Shown piece by piece: positions 1 through 12,600 of a stretch of DNA of 64,000 bases. The notes below the pieces were generated by a model. The model ran no database searches and was not told where the DNA came from. It saw only the letters and a program-made list of their open reading frames with translations. The stretch comes from the human T2T-CHM13v2.0 reference genome, Homo sapiens: the NCBI RefSeq assembly GCF_009914755.1, contig NC_060945.1; one strand, written 5' to 3'. A program made the translations under genes and the position numbers. Position 1 is the stretch's first letter; each line of letters opens with the position of its first letter.

Positions 1-510
1 AACCCCTGAACATACCAAGTGTTGGAAAGGATGTGAAGGAATTGAAACTCTTGTTTGCAGCTGGTGAGACTGCAAAATGGTGGGATGACTCTGTAGAGCA
101 TTTTGGCAGTTTCTTAAATAGTTAAAAATACACCCACCATATGATCCAGCTATTCTACGTCTAGATAGTTACCCAAGAGAAATTTTAAAATATTTTCATA
201 CAAAGATACATATGAATGTTTACAGCAGCTTTACTTGTAATAGCCAAAATTGAGAAGCAACCAAAATATCTACTATCAGTTAAGTGGATAAACAAACTCT
301 GGGATATCTAACTTTAAAAATACAAAACAATAAAAAGGAATGTTCTATTGATACATATTACATGAACGAATCTCAAAATATGCTGAGTAAAATCAGCCAG
401 ATTTTTGTAAAGTACATGCTACATAATTCTAGTCACATAAATTCTAGGCAGTGCAAAGCAAATAGCAACAAAAAGAACAGTAGTTGCCTAGGTGTGGTGT
501 TAAAATGATT
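1..510 (+). mobile_element. Old L1M (L1MC/ME-type) 3' ORF2/3' UTR remnant
   Basis: Degenerate L1 motifs gttggaaaggatgtgaagga, ccatatgatccagctattc, cagcagctttacttgtaatagccaaaa and gaatctcaaaatatgctgagt. Confidence 0.75.
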
Positions 511-1899
511 GGGACACAAAATGAGGAAAATTTGAGCACCACAATAATTAATGATAGTAATGTATTATAATACCTTTTTAAATGCATGACTATTTAAAAA
601 AGAAAAAGTGACCAAAAAATTAAGAAAAGGAGAAAGAAAGCCTCTACTTTGGAAAAGAATGTCAGGTAGCAAATTAAAAATAAATGAGACAATCAGAAAA
701 ATAACATTTTGCAAACTGCAATATAATGACTGAATCAGGAAAAGTCATCGATGAATGTAAAAAATGATTTATACTTCTACATATTTTATATTTTCACACT
801 TGAAAAATGACTAACCTTTGTAAATCTAATAAGTTTATATTTGTTGATATTTCTTACCCATGTGTAGGTCTTCTTTGTTTGAACAAACTTAAACTTGCAC
901 ATTTCTCTTGTAATACAAAGCAGTTCTGATAAAGGTATATTAAGCTACAAACACATGACAGAATTTTCTAGAGAAGACTTTCTTTGATACAAATAATTCT
1001 GGCAACAGTAAGCAGGTTATTTATAACTCCTGTTCTAATCTAGAAAATAACTTAGATCTCTGTTTCAAACACTTTTACATATTGAGATACACATTCACAA
1101 GAGTCAATAAAGAAAAATGCTTTTATACTATGTTTTCTGAGATTTTTGTGCTAATGACAACAATAAGTATAAAATCTTCTTCAATTTCTATATGTTTGCT
1201 GAGATTGAAGCAAAGAAATTGGTTGTTTATCTTCTATTCTTCTTGCTATCTTTGATAGCTGGCATTTCTTTCTACAGAAACAAAAATAAAGTAGAAAAAA
1301 CCCTCAAATGTCATTGACATGTTTTCAGCAGCTAAGTATGAAATTTAAACATTTCACCTCTGGCAATTTCAGTATTATTTTATATCAATTATCTAGGGAA
1401 TTACTTCTTTATTTAGCTCTAGGTATAAAAAGGAGTAAAATTCCTCCAGTGATTGAAGCTACTGACAGAATTCTGCTAGGAATTTTGAACATACATCTCT
1501 TCCTCTCTCCTTTCAGCAGCAAAGTACGTGGGGAAATTATGTCAATTATGAATTTTTCTGTTATACTTAAAATACATCCTAAGTTTTAAAAAAATTAAAG
1601 CTTGATGCCGCTGGAAAGTTTATTAGTTATTATTAAGAGCCTGAAATAAATGAAGAGGCAAGTCCACCAAAAACAAAAATCCAAAACACAGAAAAATAGT
1701 ATAACTCTTAAGAAAACAAAGTAGATTTTAATTATTTTTATTTTTTATTTTTAAAAGGAATCAATTAAGAAGAGAGAAGGATTTAGATTGTTTTTCTTTA
1801 TTTTTCCAATTTTTACTAAGAATATATTTCTCAGTTACTGCTTCCTATGTCTGCCCAACAAAGATAATTGGAAATTTCCTGCCAATTTAATCTAAGGAG

Positions 1900-2551
1900 A
1901 TTGTGTACTTGTTCAATGTACACCACTCTGTTTCCACACCAAATGGTCTCACATCAATTGGGCATATTGCATTTCAGTTACAACACTAAGTTATCATCAG
2001 ACTCCACAGGATTAAGGGCTGAATTTTGCACAGGATTGCTCTCACTGTAGATGCCAGCTGCTAGACTTTGGGGATCCTCAAGTCACCTGCACTTCTGACC
2101 AATTGGTTATTAATTCAGGAAGTCCCCATGACATACATAAGAGGACTAGACAAAGATATTGAAATGGCAAGGTCTGGCAGGGGATACAGAGCCTCTATGA
2201 CATCTCCCATGGAGTCAGGGCACATCACCCTCACAGCACATCTATTTGCCAACCAAGCAGCTCCCCTGAACTTCGGCATTCAGAGTTTTTATTAGAGTTT
2301 CATGTATTTAAGCGAGACTGATTAAATCATTGGCCATGTGATTAAACATAATTTTCAATCCCCCTTTCCTCTCTTGAGGTCAGGCTGGCCTTTCTGATGG
2401 CCAGCCCCCATTTCGAAGCTATCTAGGGGCCCATCATGTGTTGCACCATATCAGCATAACAAAGACATTCTTATACTTCATGAAATTGTAAGGATTTTAG
2501 GAGCTCCATGCCAAGAACTCAGGACAGAGACCAAATTCTTTATAATACTAC
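1900..2551 (-). mobile_element. MER21-family solo LTR (left boundary approximate)
   Basis: Reverse complement of the right end reads tgtagtattataaagaatttggtctctgtcctgagttcttggcatggagctcctaaaatcct, like the MER21 5' end; internal cacttctgaccaattgg motif. Confidence 0.75.
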
Positions 2552-2574
2552 ATGTTCTTGGTGCCTTTGATTAA

Positions 2575-3083
2575 CTGTGTGAAACACAACCTGTTCCCAC
2601 CATTGCCTATTGTCTATTATCTAATCAATAAGATCAAGCATATGACTTTACTCATGCAGGAAATTCTTTCCCAATAAGATAAAGTTGCAACTAATACACA
2701 GTTCAACTAGCTTCCTCTCAAAATAATAGATTGTTTATCAGTGTAAATGAGTCTTCCTGTGGACAATATACAACTCAAAAGGCCAAATTACTTGTTTATC
2801 AAATGACTAATTATCAAGACTTACTTTAAAACCCTCACCTTGATGTGTCAACTAATCCTAAACTATTACATCTTGCACATTGTCCAATTCCAACAACCGC
2901 CATTATTAAAAGACACACCTAAAGCCATATGCCAAAGGCTTATAATTACATGTCTTTAATCTCCCTCTTTCCAAGATACGATAAAATTCTTTCAAGAAGA
3001 TGGTCTTTCTTACTGCAGAATAATAAACTTTGCTAAATCAATTTATTATTTCAGTGGTCTTTTCAAGGAGCTGGCCATCAATA
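2575..3083 (+). mobile_element. Old ERV1-type LTR (MER89/MER90/MER110-like)
   Basis: LTR-like 3' part: cttactgcagaataataaactttgc (AATAAA) followed by gtggtcttttcaaggagctggccatca. Confidence 0.45.
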
Positions 3084-3084
3084 A

Positions 3085-3323
3085 TAGCCACTGAAACTTT
3101 TCTTTCTGTAAAACTCCAAAAGGGTAGCCCTTCTCCCCTTGACCTAGCTTTCTAGAAAAGATTCTGATATGGAATATTGCTGATACTCAGACTACTGCTA
3201 TTTCTGTGATCAGGAAACTGTCCTTTCTCTCTGACCCAGGAGTCTAGTACCTACTGATGAAACTGTAAGACTATTTAAGCTTGCAGGTAAGGTAAAATCT
3301 TAGACCCTTCACAGTTCTTGATA
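3085..3323 (+). mobile_element. 3' part of an old ERV LTR, family uncertain
   Basis: Ends in tctctgacccaggagtc...gcttgcaggtaaggtaaaatcttagacccttcacagttcttgata, a terminal sequence I recognise from eutherian LTRs. Confidence 0.5.
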
Positions 3324-3524
3324 ATCTATTATATTAGAAAACAGGAATTAAAAATTTCTAGGTAATTTCATATGAGTGATTCTACTCTTAGGTGGCTATT
3401 TTATATGAAAAGACAAAATAGAAAATGGATTTGACACAAATCCATTAAGCTTAACTTTTAGTAGCGTTAGATCTTTTAATTTTTTTTATCCTATGATTCC
3501 ATTTATCTTGAGCTTATCATTCAT

Positions 3525-4407
3525 TTGGTCCTTGGCTTTTGGTCTTTGTTTAGGGGCTGCAGAGGCTTCACTGGTTCATTTCTTTCCTTGGTGACATTGT
3601 CCAAAGACCAGGTGGTAGTCAGGTTTTTAGGTAGATTGCTGGACTCAGTATTATTCTGCAGCCCATAAGAAGAAATACTGTTTTTATCTCCTAGGTCACT
3701 AAAGGCATCTAAGTGTCTTGGTTGATTCTTCTGAACTAAGCCACTTAGTTCATTGAGTCTCTCCTTTCTGCAGGTAAGATGTCAATATTTACCCTCCTGA
3801 TTGTGGCTAGTGACCACACAGTATTACTCATGCATGGTTTCTAGGCATGGCCTTTCAGACTGGCAGGTAACTTCAAGGGACCCATGACTATGGCTTTTGC
3901 TTCGAACAAACATTTTTCTTCATTCATTACATACATCCCACAGCCCTTGAACAGTGTGATTGGGGGTGGGTCACTCATGATTTCATTCTGTCTTTCTAGA
4001 AACCACTATAACAACAGATTTGGATTTAGAGTAATCACTTTTAATGTTATTTTTGGAAAACTTTGTCTTTGTAGCCTTCAAAAACAAGATTTGGTGCTTT
4101 ACATTAGACTGTTTTGGGATGCTCCTCACAGAGGGTCTTTCTTCAGGACTTCCGTTCTGCACTGTTATTATCAGTTCTGCCAGCTCTGGGCTATAATCTA
4201 TTGGTATCTCTGGCAGCTTTTCTTCAATAATTTCATAAACTAAAGAATTGGTATTTTTACATTGAAAGTATGCTTTGGGTGACCATTTCACAAACACAGC
4301 ATCCCAGAGTCCAAACATCAGACTTATAGCTCTAGTGTTTGTTTGAGAATAATTGAGGACTCATGTAGTAAGGTGTGCCAGTGAGGGTACTAACCATGTC
4401 ACAGTTG
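3525..4407 (-). pseudogene. NEK4 (pseudogene): Processed pseudogene fragment of NIMA-related kinase NEK4 (kinase subdomains VIII-XI plus start of the regulatory tail)
   Basis: Minus strand translates as [40 protein letters not shown], then after a frameshift NSLVYEIIEEKLPEIPIDYSPELAELI...PEERPSVRSI...SKNNIK, ending NEPVKPLQPLNKDQKP. This matches NEK4 [36 protein letters not shown]...NSLVYRIIEGKLPPMPRDYSPELAELI...NEPVKPLQPLIKEQKPKDQ. No introns, an in-frame TAG at 4332-4334, and frameshifts. Confidence 0.93.
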
Positions 4408-5197
4408 CTATAGTGATCCAGGGTGGGGCACTGCCCTCAGACACTTGATTTTAAGTAGTCCATAGAATATCAAAGAAAGAGTTGGTCACCAAATACAGAT
4501 TTTTAAAATAAATGTAAACCATTAGCATATATAGATAAAATATAAAAATGAATGCAAATAATTTGGTTTTTCTAGAAAGCATCTAGTATTATGTTATTCA
4601 AAATAATATTGTTCACAGTATTTATTGTCTTGATCGAAATGTTAGTTTTCTTTTGACTTAATTTTAGTTTCTGTTTAATTCCTAGGAAGGCTATTGGTTT
4701 AAAGAAAAAGTCTTACCACTCAAAAATATGAGTTGATAAAGACAGTAAAAACCATGTGTTATCATCTTTGTGCAGTTTACAAGACACTGTGCCCATAATA
4801 ATACATTCTCAATAAAGAATAAAGGAAGGAAAAATATAAGAAAGGGAAGAAGAAATGGTGAAAAAGAATCATAAAAACAAAGATAAACTCATGAATCAAT
4901 AAAAGAGAGAAGAAAAGGGAAAAGTAAAAGAAGAAAAACATAAAGAGGGAGGGGAAGATCATGAAAGACAAGAAAAAAGACGAAAGATAATTTTTTTCTA
5001 TAACACAACAGTAACATGGCAAGGAATTCTCAACTCTCAAGATTTACTGAAATTTTGACAGAACTCAGAGAGACTGTAGAATGTGTGCTTGAAACGTGAA
5101 TGAAGAAAAGAGAAACAAATCAGATAATGGGCATAAGGTAGACTCTTATCCGAATGTACAAAAGTGAGTGGGTATATTTTTTTAAAAATAAAGACAG

Positions 5198-5550
5198 TTT
5201 TATGGTATGAATGTGTCTCCCAAAATTCATATGATAGAACTTAATCACCAATGTGATTTTACCAAGATGTGGAGACTTTAGGGAGTTATTAAGTCATGAA
5301 AGCAGAGTCATCATGGATGAGATTAGAGCCATTAAAAAAGGGCTTGAAGGAGTAGGTTCTTTCTCTTCCCCTCTTCTGCGATGTGAGGACACTGCTTTCA
5401 AGGCAGTTCCAAGTTTCATCTTGGAAGCAGAGGCTGGAGCCCTCACCAGACACTAACCTGCAGCCACTTTGATCTTGGACTTCACTGTTTCCAGAACCAT
5501 GAGGAAATAAATTTCTTTATAAATTACACAGTCTCAGGTATTTGTTATAA
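5198..5550 (+). mobile_element. MaLR solo LTR, MST type (MSTC/MSTD-like)
   Basis: Starts tatggtatgaatgtgtctcccaaaattcat; contains ccctcaccagacac and ttgatcttggacttc; ends aaattacacagtctcaggtatttgttataacag...actaaga. Confidence 0.85.
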
Positions 5551-5781
5551 CAGTACAGATAAACTAAGAAAGACAATGATTTTGCATCTATATCTTGAAG
5601 AAAATAAGGAATAGTATGTAAACAACTGTTTAAAGTGTTTAAAACAGTCTATTCCATTGAAACACTGTTACACATTAGAATATATTTTTATATTAATTTT
5701 TTCTCTTTTCTAAGAACAGGATCCTCACTTTGCATGGCCTAAAACCTCAATTTGCAGGAAGCAGTGTGGAGAGTGGTAGAG

Positions 5782-6073
5782 CAGCAGTCCCCAACCTTTT
5801 TGGCACAGAGACCGGTTTCATGGAAGTCAATTTTTCCATGAATGGAGGGGGTAGACACTCACATCATCAGACATTAGTTAGATTCTCATAAGGAGCAGGC
5901 AACCTAGATCCCTCACATACACAGTTCACAATAGGGTTCATGCTCCTATAAGAATCTAATGCCACCACTGATCTGACAGGAGGCAGAGTTCAGGCAGCAG
6001 TGCTCACTGGCCTGCCACTCACCTCTTGCTGTGCAGCCCAGTTCCTAACAGGCCCAGGGTTTGGGAACCTCTG
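5782..6073 (+). mobile_element. MER1B-like hAT-Charlie MITE with 8-bp TSD
   Basis: TIRs cagcagtccccaacc and gtttgggaacctctg; TSD tggtagag (5774-5781) / tggtagtg (6074-6081); diagnostic tagattctcataaggagc and gaatctaatgcc. Confidence 0.92.
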
Positions 6074-6632
6074 TGGTAGTGTCTGAGAAAGTAGATTTAT
6101 GATGCTGTAGAAGAAATGCCAATATAAAAGCTGAGATGATACTTAACTCCTAACAAGTAACCAGAATTTTGCAGCCAAACCATTGCCTTATAAGTCCTTG
6201 GTTTCTACATGGCCAAAAACAGAATCCAAAACTTAGGTAGAGTTTAGCTGGAGGGACTCACACAGAGTGACCATATAGCTACAGAAGAGCTCTGCAGTGA
6301 GAGCTGTTGAGTGCAGAGTCACAGTCATTACTCAGAGCCCATCCTTTTATCTCTTCATTCATTTAGTGACTGTGCATGCTCTTTGCCACTTGCTTTTACC
6401 CAGGCAACATTGTATAGTCTTGAAAATTCACCAACTGTCATCTCATATGTAAGCTCTTTTCTGATTCATCACACTGATTTAGAAGACTCTTGTCTGTACT
6501 TCCACGGCACCATGTGAAAAATATCTATTATATTCCATATTATACCATGTTTTAACTCTTCTTTTAAAGCTGTGCATCTTCCTCAATGACTGTAAATTTT
6601 TTAAGAGAACACACCATTTATAATTTCATGGC

Positions 6633-6712
6633 ATATACATATATATATGTATATATATATGTATATATATCTATGTATATATATATATATGTATATATAT
6701 CTCCATGTATAT
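6633..6712. repeat. Interrupted (TA)n microsatellite
   Basis: atatacatatatatatgtatatatatatgtatatatatc... Confidence 0.9.
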
Positions 6713-9679
6713 CTCATTAAATGTTGAGTGAATAAAATCAGGCTATAATTCTGGCAAAGTATATTAATGTTTTTAAGACTTCAACAATATGGCTTTTTAA
6801 ACTTAAGCTGGTTTGACTGAGTTTTTTATATCCTTCAGAAGCTTAAAGTCTCACCATCTAGAGTTAAAAGGAAATGCTTTGTGATGGAATCTCCATTTTT
6901 TTCATGTAAATTCAACCAAATAATTTTAATTTTACACATAAGAGATATTTTGGTCTTCTAAAATGTATCTTTATTATTATGGAAGTGATTTTTTTCCTTT
7001 ACTGATTTTCTGGTTGGGAAATATGGGCATTTTCTTTTGTTTTGAACTTACTTCCTTTTCTTTACGTGGTGGATTCAGCCTAAACATAAAATAAAAGTTA
7101 AGAGAGATAGAATCAATCATCAGGGAATAAAACAGAGAAAGAAATCAACAAACATGTCCTTCCTTTTTTTTCTATGAATGATATAGTGAACAGAAATCAG
7201 GACAATAACAAGCAAAATGACTTAATGAATCCAAGTAGTTCTCTTATGTTGGCTTAGAATTATAGCATGTTGAATCCAATGAGTGATTAATATTCAATAC
7301 AGTTGTGAACGCTCCATGTATGAAAAATTGTGTATGGTATAATTCAGAAATAAAGGCCAAAGCTCCACTAAGTTAAAATTGGCTAGAGTTGCACTAGATT
7401 TAAACTATTAAAAAATTCACAAAACTTAACCCAGTTTTATATATGACACCCAAACTTTGCACTGGTCAAATTTTGTCTTAAAAATGTGAGGATTGGAGCT
7501 GTTTCTTACAACTTAAGCTATATGTAGACAAATAGCTTCATCAGTCCACATAATATTCCCATTGTTTTAATGTTGTGGGCTACATCTGGAGCTATCAGAA
7601 TAAATCTGAATACTGCTTCAAGCTGGGGGTGTAAGCTAACACCACAAAGAATCTGGCTCACTGTAGGAAGGCCAGGACTCGCAAAAGGCCAGGTGACAGT
7701 GAAGCAGGCTTGAAAGCATAAGAGTGTCATGTTCCTTGTTCATTTCATACCCTACTAATGTTTCCATTCATGTGTGAGCCCCAGCAGCAGAAAATCTAGT
7801 AGAACATAGAGATAGAGAGTGCCAACATTTCATCAGGTGAGCAGCAGTCATATTCAGATACCTTTCCAGTATAAGCGGGATCGGCCAGCATTCTGTAAGG
7901 AGAGGAGGAAAGAATAGGCCCTGATGCAGAGATCAGAAAGATCTAAGAAGATTCCCAGCCAAGAAATCAACAGCCACTTAGGGCCTTTGCTGAAAAGGAG
8001 GACAAGGGAATTGCTGAATTGTCCCCAATAGGATGTTTATGTTAGAGATTCTGAAAAAGAGCCAAGGCTGACTTATGGCAAGAAAGTCTTCCTACTGGAC
8101 TCTAGTGAATAATGTTGTGTATGTGAGAACTCTGCAGCAACTGCATCACAGAACGGTATCTCCCTCTCCCAATTCTGCTTCCTTCACCAGCCTACAGAGC
8201 TGTTTCTGAAAACACTCCTGTAGACTATCAAGTCAGTGTGTGAGAAGTTCTGTTATAGCACATTTATGTATTTTCCCTTTTCTTCCTTTCTTCTTTCTAA
8301 TTAGACAAACCTACAAAGGATTCGAAGTAGCTATGGAACACCATATAGGAAATTAAATACCAGCAGTTAGAAAAATCTTTCTTCCTTACTTACAACAAAA
8401 CAATGTTAATGTTAGCTACAGTTTTATTCTAAAGAAAAAAAAAAGAATGCAAATTTTATTTATTTTTGATCATTCAAAACATTTAAATCTATAACTGGTA
8501 TGGTCTCTGGAATCTAGACTTAGAATTTAAATTAGCTTAAAACATTATTTCTGCTAACTCTGCAGTATCAACATAATTACTAAGGAAAATTTAAATTTTC
8601 TATTACACTGTAATTTCTCCTCCATTCTACAGTGAGATAAACTGCAGCCTCTTAAGCTTTCAAATACACTAAACTTTCTAAAGTGAATTTTAAAAAGGAA
8701 AAACTGGATTATTTTAGCAAATCAATAATTATTTACAAGTAGATTCATAGATCAGATTAGACTAGATTCGACTGATAGATATAACACATTCATAAGAAAC
8801 CAAAATTGTTGGATTCAAATAGTAAAAGTAACTAAGTAGATAAATTCAGACTTCCAGATGAAATATGAATTCTTTATGAAATAATAAGATATCGCTATTT
8901 GTGGCAATAAAATTTGGATGCTAATAGCGCAAAGGAAGTTTTATAAATGAAATAAGCATGGTCAAAATTAGTCTAACACCTCTGACCACAACTCTTGTTT
9001 TTGTTGAAACACAATATAATTAAGCCAATACTGACCTGGAAATTTTATAGCTTGCCATTCATCTTCTCCAAAATAAATTGATTAATGCCTGAACATATGG
9101 TGATACGACAGAAGAAAGAAATCTATTATCACTGTAGTTACAATTCAGGTTTATTATTAAAACTGTCTGCATTGGAAAAATATGTATTTTTGGGTAATTG
9201 TTTCATGGATTATATCAATGTAGGTAAGGTATTAGGTTTTTAAAGATTTCGCTTAAACCTTATGCGATTCATTATTGGCAATTTAAATTACCTCGATAAT
9301 CAGTTTTCAATTACTAAATTAAGATCATTATAACATAGTCCAAAAAATGACAATTTAGTTTTAATAGGAAAGAAATAAACTGTCAACTAGGCATGTCTGG
9401 AGATATGATCAATTACGTTCAGTGATTTGACCAATATGGCTGCATGGGAAGAACATTTCTGACCCTTTTTGGTCAGGCCAAGTATTTTTTTGTCAATAGT
9501 TGTCAGTAGTTGATCTAAACACTTAAGAAAAGTGACATTTTACTCTGAAGATAATCAGCAAAATACAGAACAAATTATGGAGATAAATGTAAGTATATGT
9601 GTGCAGGAATACATCCTGAATATACCAAAACAGGGCACATATTTGCCTTTTTATAACTTTTTTTAAAAAAAGGAAAGTT

Positions 9680-12600
9680 GGGGATTAAGATGGCAGATAG
9701 GAGGCAGGACTAGCTTGCAGCTTCCGCTTGGACAGACAGAGCAGCATGTGGAGATTCACATCATGAACTTCTCCAAAAACTACGGCAGGAGCATAACCAG
9801 GAAAGCCAAGAGAATCCACAGACCCTTTGAAGGAACTGAATCACCAATGCAGGCTCCCTGAGATGCTGAAAAACTGTGAGTCCACTTGCTTTCTCAATGG
9901 GGAGGCTCGTGGTCTGGGGCAAGTTCTTAGTCCTGGTCTCCGGCTGCCTGAAAATCGATTCGGTGCTGTTTGGGGAACACAGTGAAAGTGAGACCAGTCT
10001 TTAGGACTGCAGGCTGTGTGAGAGCAGGGTGAGGCCTGTGACTGCCGGCTTTTCCCCACTTTCCTGGCAACCTGTATAACTCAGCAGAGGCAGCCATAAT
10101 CCCTCCAGGAATATAACTCCACTGGACTGGGAATCACACTCCCATCCCCCACAGCAGCCACAGCAAGCCTCACCCAAGGAGAGGCTGAGTTCAGACACCC
10201 CTAACCCTGCCCCCACCTGGTGGTCTTTCTCTACCTACCCTGGTAGCCAAAGACAAAGGTCATAATCTTTCGGAAGCTCTATAGCCCTGTCCACTGCCTG
10301 AGAGACCTGAATACTTAACCAGGGGTCCCTAGAGCAACTTTGCGTCCTCCCTATAGGGAGGCAGTTTTGAAAGTGCCACCTCCTGGCTGGAGGCCAACCA
10401 ACACAACACCAGTGCACTAAACAAAAACACAACCAAGGGCCCTCACAGAATTCACTTCACTCCCTTGCTACCTCCACTGGGGAAGGTGTGGATATCATGG
10501 CTGCAAGACCTGAAGATGGATCACATCACAGGACTCTTCACAGACACTCCCCAGTACCAGCCCGGAGCCTGGGAGCTCTGCTGGGTGGCTAGACACAGAA
10601 TATCAAAAACAGTCACTAAAGTTAGGCTCTCAGGAAGCCCCATGTCTAGGGGAAGGGGGATAACACTACATCAAGAGAGCACCCTGTGATAGAAAAGAAC
10701 CTGAGCAGCAGCCCTTGAATTCCAGATATTCCCTCTGACATAGTCTACCCAAGTGACAAGGAACCAGAAAAATAATTTTAGTAATATGACAAAACAAGAT
10801 TTGTTAACACCTGCAAAAGATCATATCAGCTCACCAGCAATGAACCCAAACCAAGATGAAATCTCTGAATTGCCAGAAAAAGAATTCAGAAGGTCAATTA
10901 TTAAGCTAATCAAGGAGGCACCAGAAAAAGGTGAAATCCAACTTAAAGAAATCAAAAACATGATGCAGGATTAGAAAGCAAATTTCTTCAGTGAAATAGA
11001 TAGCATAAATAAAAAACAATTACAACTTCTGGAAATCAAGGACACAGAGAAATACAAAATGCACTGGAAAGTCTCAGCAATAGAATCAAACAAGCAGAAG
11101 AAAGATCTTCAGAGCTCAAAGAAAAGTCTTTCAAATTAACCTAATCCAACAGAGACAAAGAAAAAAGAGTTTTTAAAAAAAATGAAGAAGAACTCCAAGA
11201 AGTTCGGAACTATGTGAAACATCCAACCCTAAGAATAATTGGTGTTCCTAGGGAAGAAGAGAATCTAAAAGTTTGCAAAACATATTTGAGGGAATAATCT
11301 AGGAAATATTCCCTGCCCTTGCTAGTGATCTAGACATTCAATAAAAGTAGCTCAAAGAACACCTTGGAAATTTATCACAAAAAGATTGACACCTAGGCAC
11401 ATAGTCATCAGGTTATCTAAAGTCAAAATAAAGGAAACAATCTTAAAAGCAGTGAGGCAAAAGGATCCAGTAACCTATAAAGGAAAACCTACCAGACAAA
11501 CAGCAGATTTCTCAGCAGAAACCCTATAAACTAGAAAGGATTGGGGTCCTATTTTTAGGCACCTTAAACAAAATAATTATCAGCCAAGAAATTTGTATCC
11601 AGAGAAACTAAGCTGCATAAATGAAGGAAAAATGGTCTTTTCCAGACAAACAAGTGCTTAGAGAATTCACCACTACCAAGCTAGCACTACAAAAACTGCT
11701 AAAAGGAGCTCAAAATCTTGAAACAAATCCTCAAAATACACCAAAATAGAACTTCCTTAAAGCATAAATCTCAGAGGACCTATATAAAAACAATACAATG
11801 AAAAATGGACTTAAACTACACCCTTCAACAAGTGGATTTAACAGATATTTACAGAACATTCTACTCAACAGCTGCAGAATATACATTCTACTCATCAGCA
11901 CATGAAACACTTTCCAAGATAGACCATGTGATAGGCCACAAAACAAGTCTCAGTAAATTTAAGAAAATTGAAATTATATCAAGTATTCTCTCAGACCACA
12001 GTGGAATATAATTGGAAACCAACTCCAAAGGGAACCTTCAAAACCATACAAATACATGGAAATTAAATAACCTGCTCCTGAGTGATACTTGGGTCAACAA
12101 TGAAATCAAGACATAAATTTAAAAATTCTTTGAACTGAATAATAATAGTGACACAACCTATCAAAACCTCTGGGATACAGCAAAAATGGTGCTAAGAGAA
12201 AAGTTCATAGCATTAAATGCCTACATCGAAACATCTAAAAGAGCACACATAGACTATCAAAGGTCAAACCTCATGGAACTAGAGAAACAAGAACAATCCA
12301 AACCTAAACCCAGCAGAAGAAAAGAAATAACAAAGACCAGTGCAGAGCTAAATGAAATTGAAACCAAAAAAATACAAAAGATATATGAAACAAAAAGCTG
12401 GTTCTTTGAAAAGAAAAGCACTATTGATAGACCATTAGCAAGATTAACCAAGAAAAGAAGAGAGAAGATCCAAATAAGCTCAATTAGAAACAAAAAAGGA
12501 GATATTACAAATGGTAACAAAGTAATACAAAAGATTATTCAAGGCTACTATGAACACCTTTATGTGCACAAACTAGAAAACCTAGAGGAGATGGATAAAT

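Noticed and set aside
3983-4318. 111-aa ORF as an expressed mini-kinase
   Set aside because: Its start is out of frame with NEK4, it lacks the catalytic subdomains, and nearby stops and frameshifts indicate a pseudogene
3465-4460. TSD around the NEK4 retrocopy
   Set aside because: Only ttaaaa is shared between the flanks, which is insufficient
4777-5040. Hydrophobic Phe-rich ORF resembling a membrane protein
   Set aside because: Antisense reading of an A/G-rich low-complexity stretch, possibly an old L1 ORF1 remnant
7740-8240. Possible old ERVL-type LTR remnant
   Set aside because: Only a short LTR16-like motif near 8160-8220; too degenerate to call by eye
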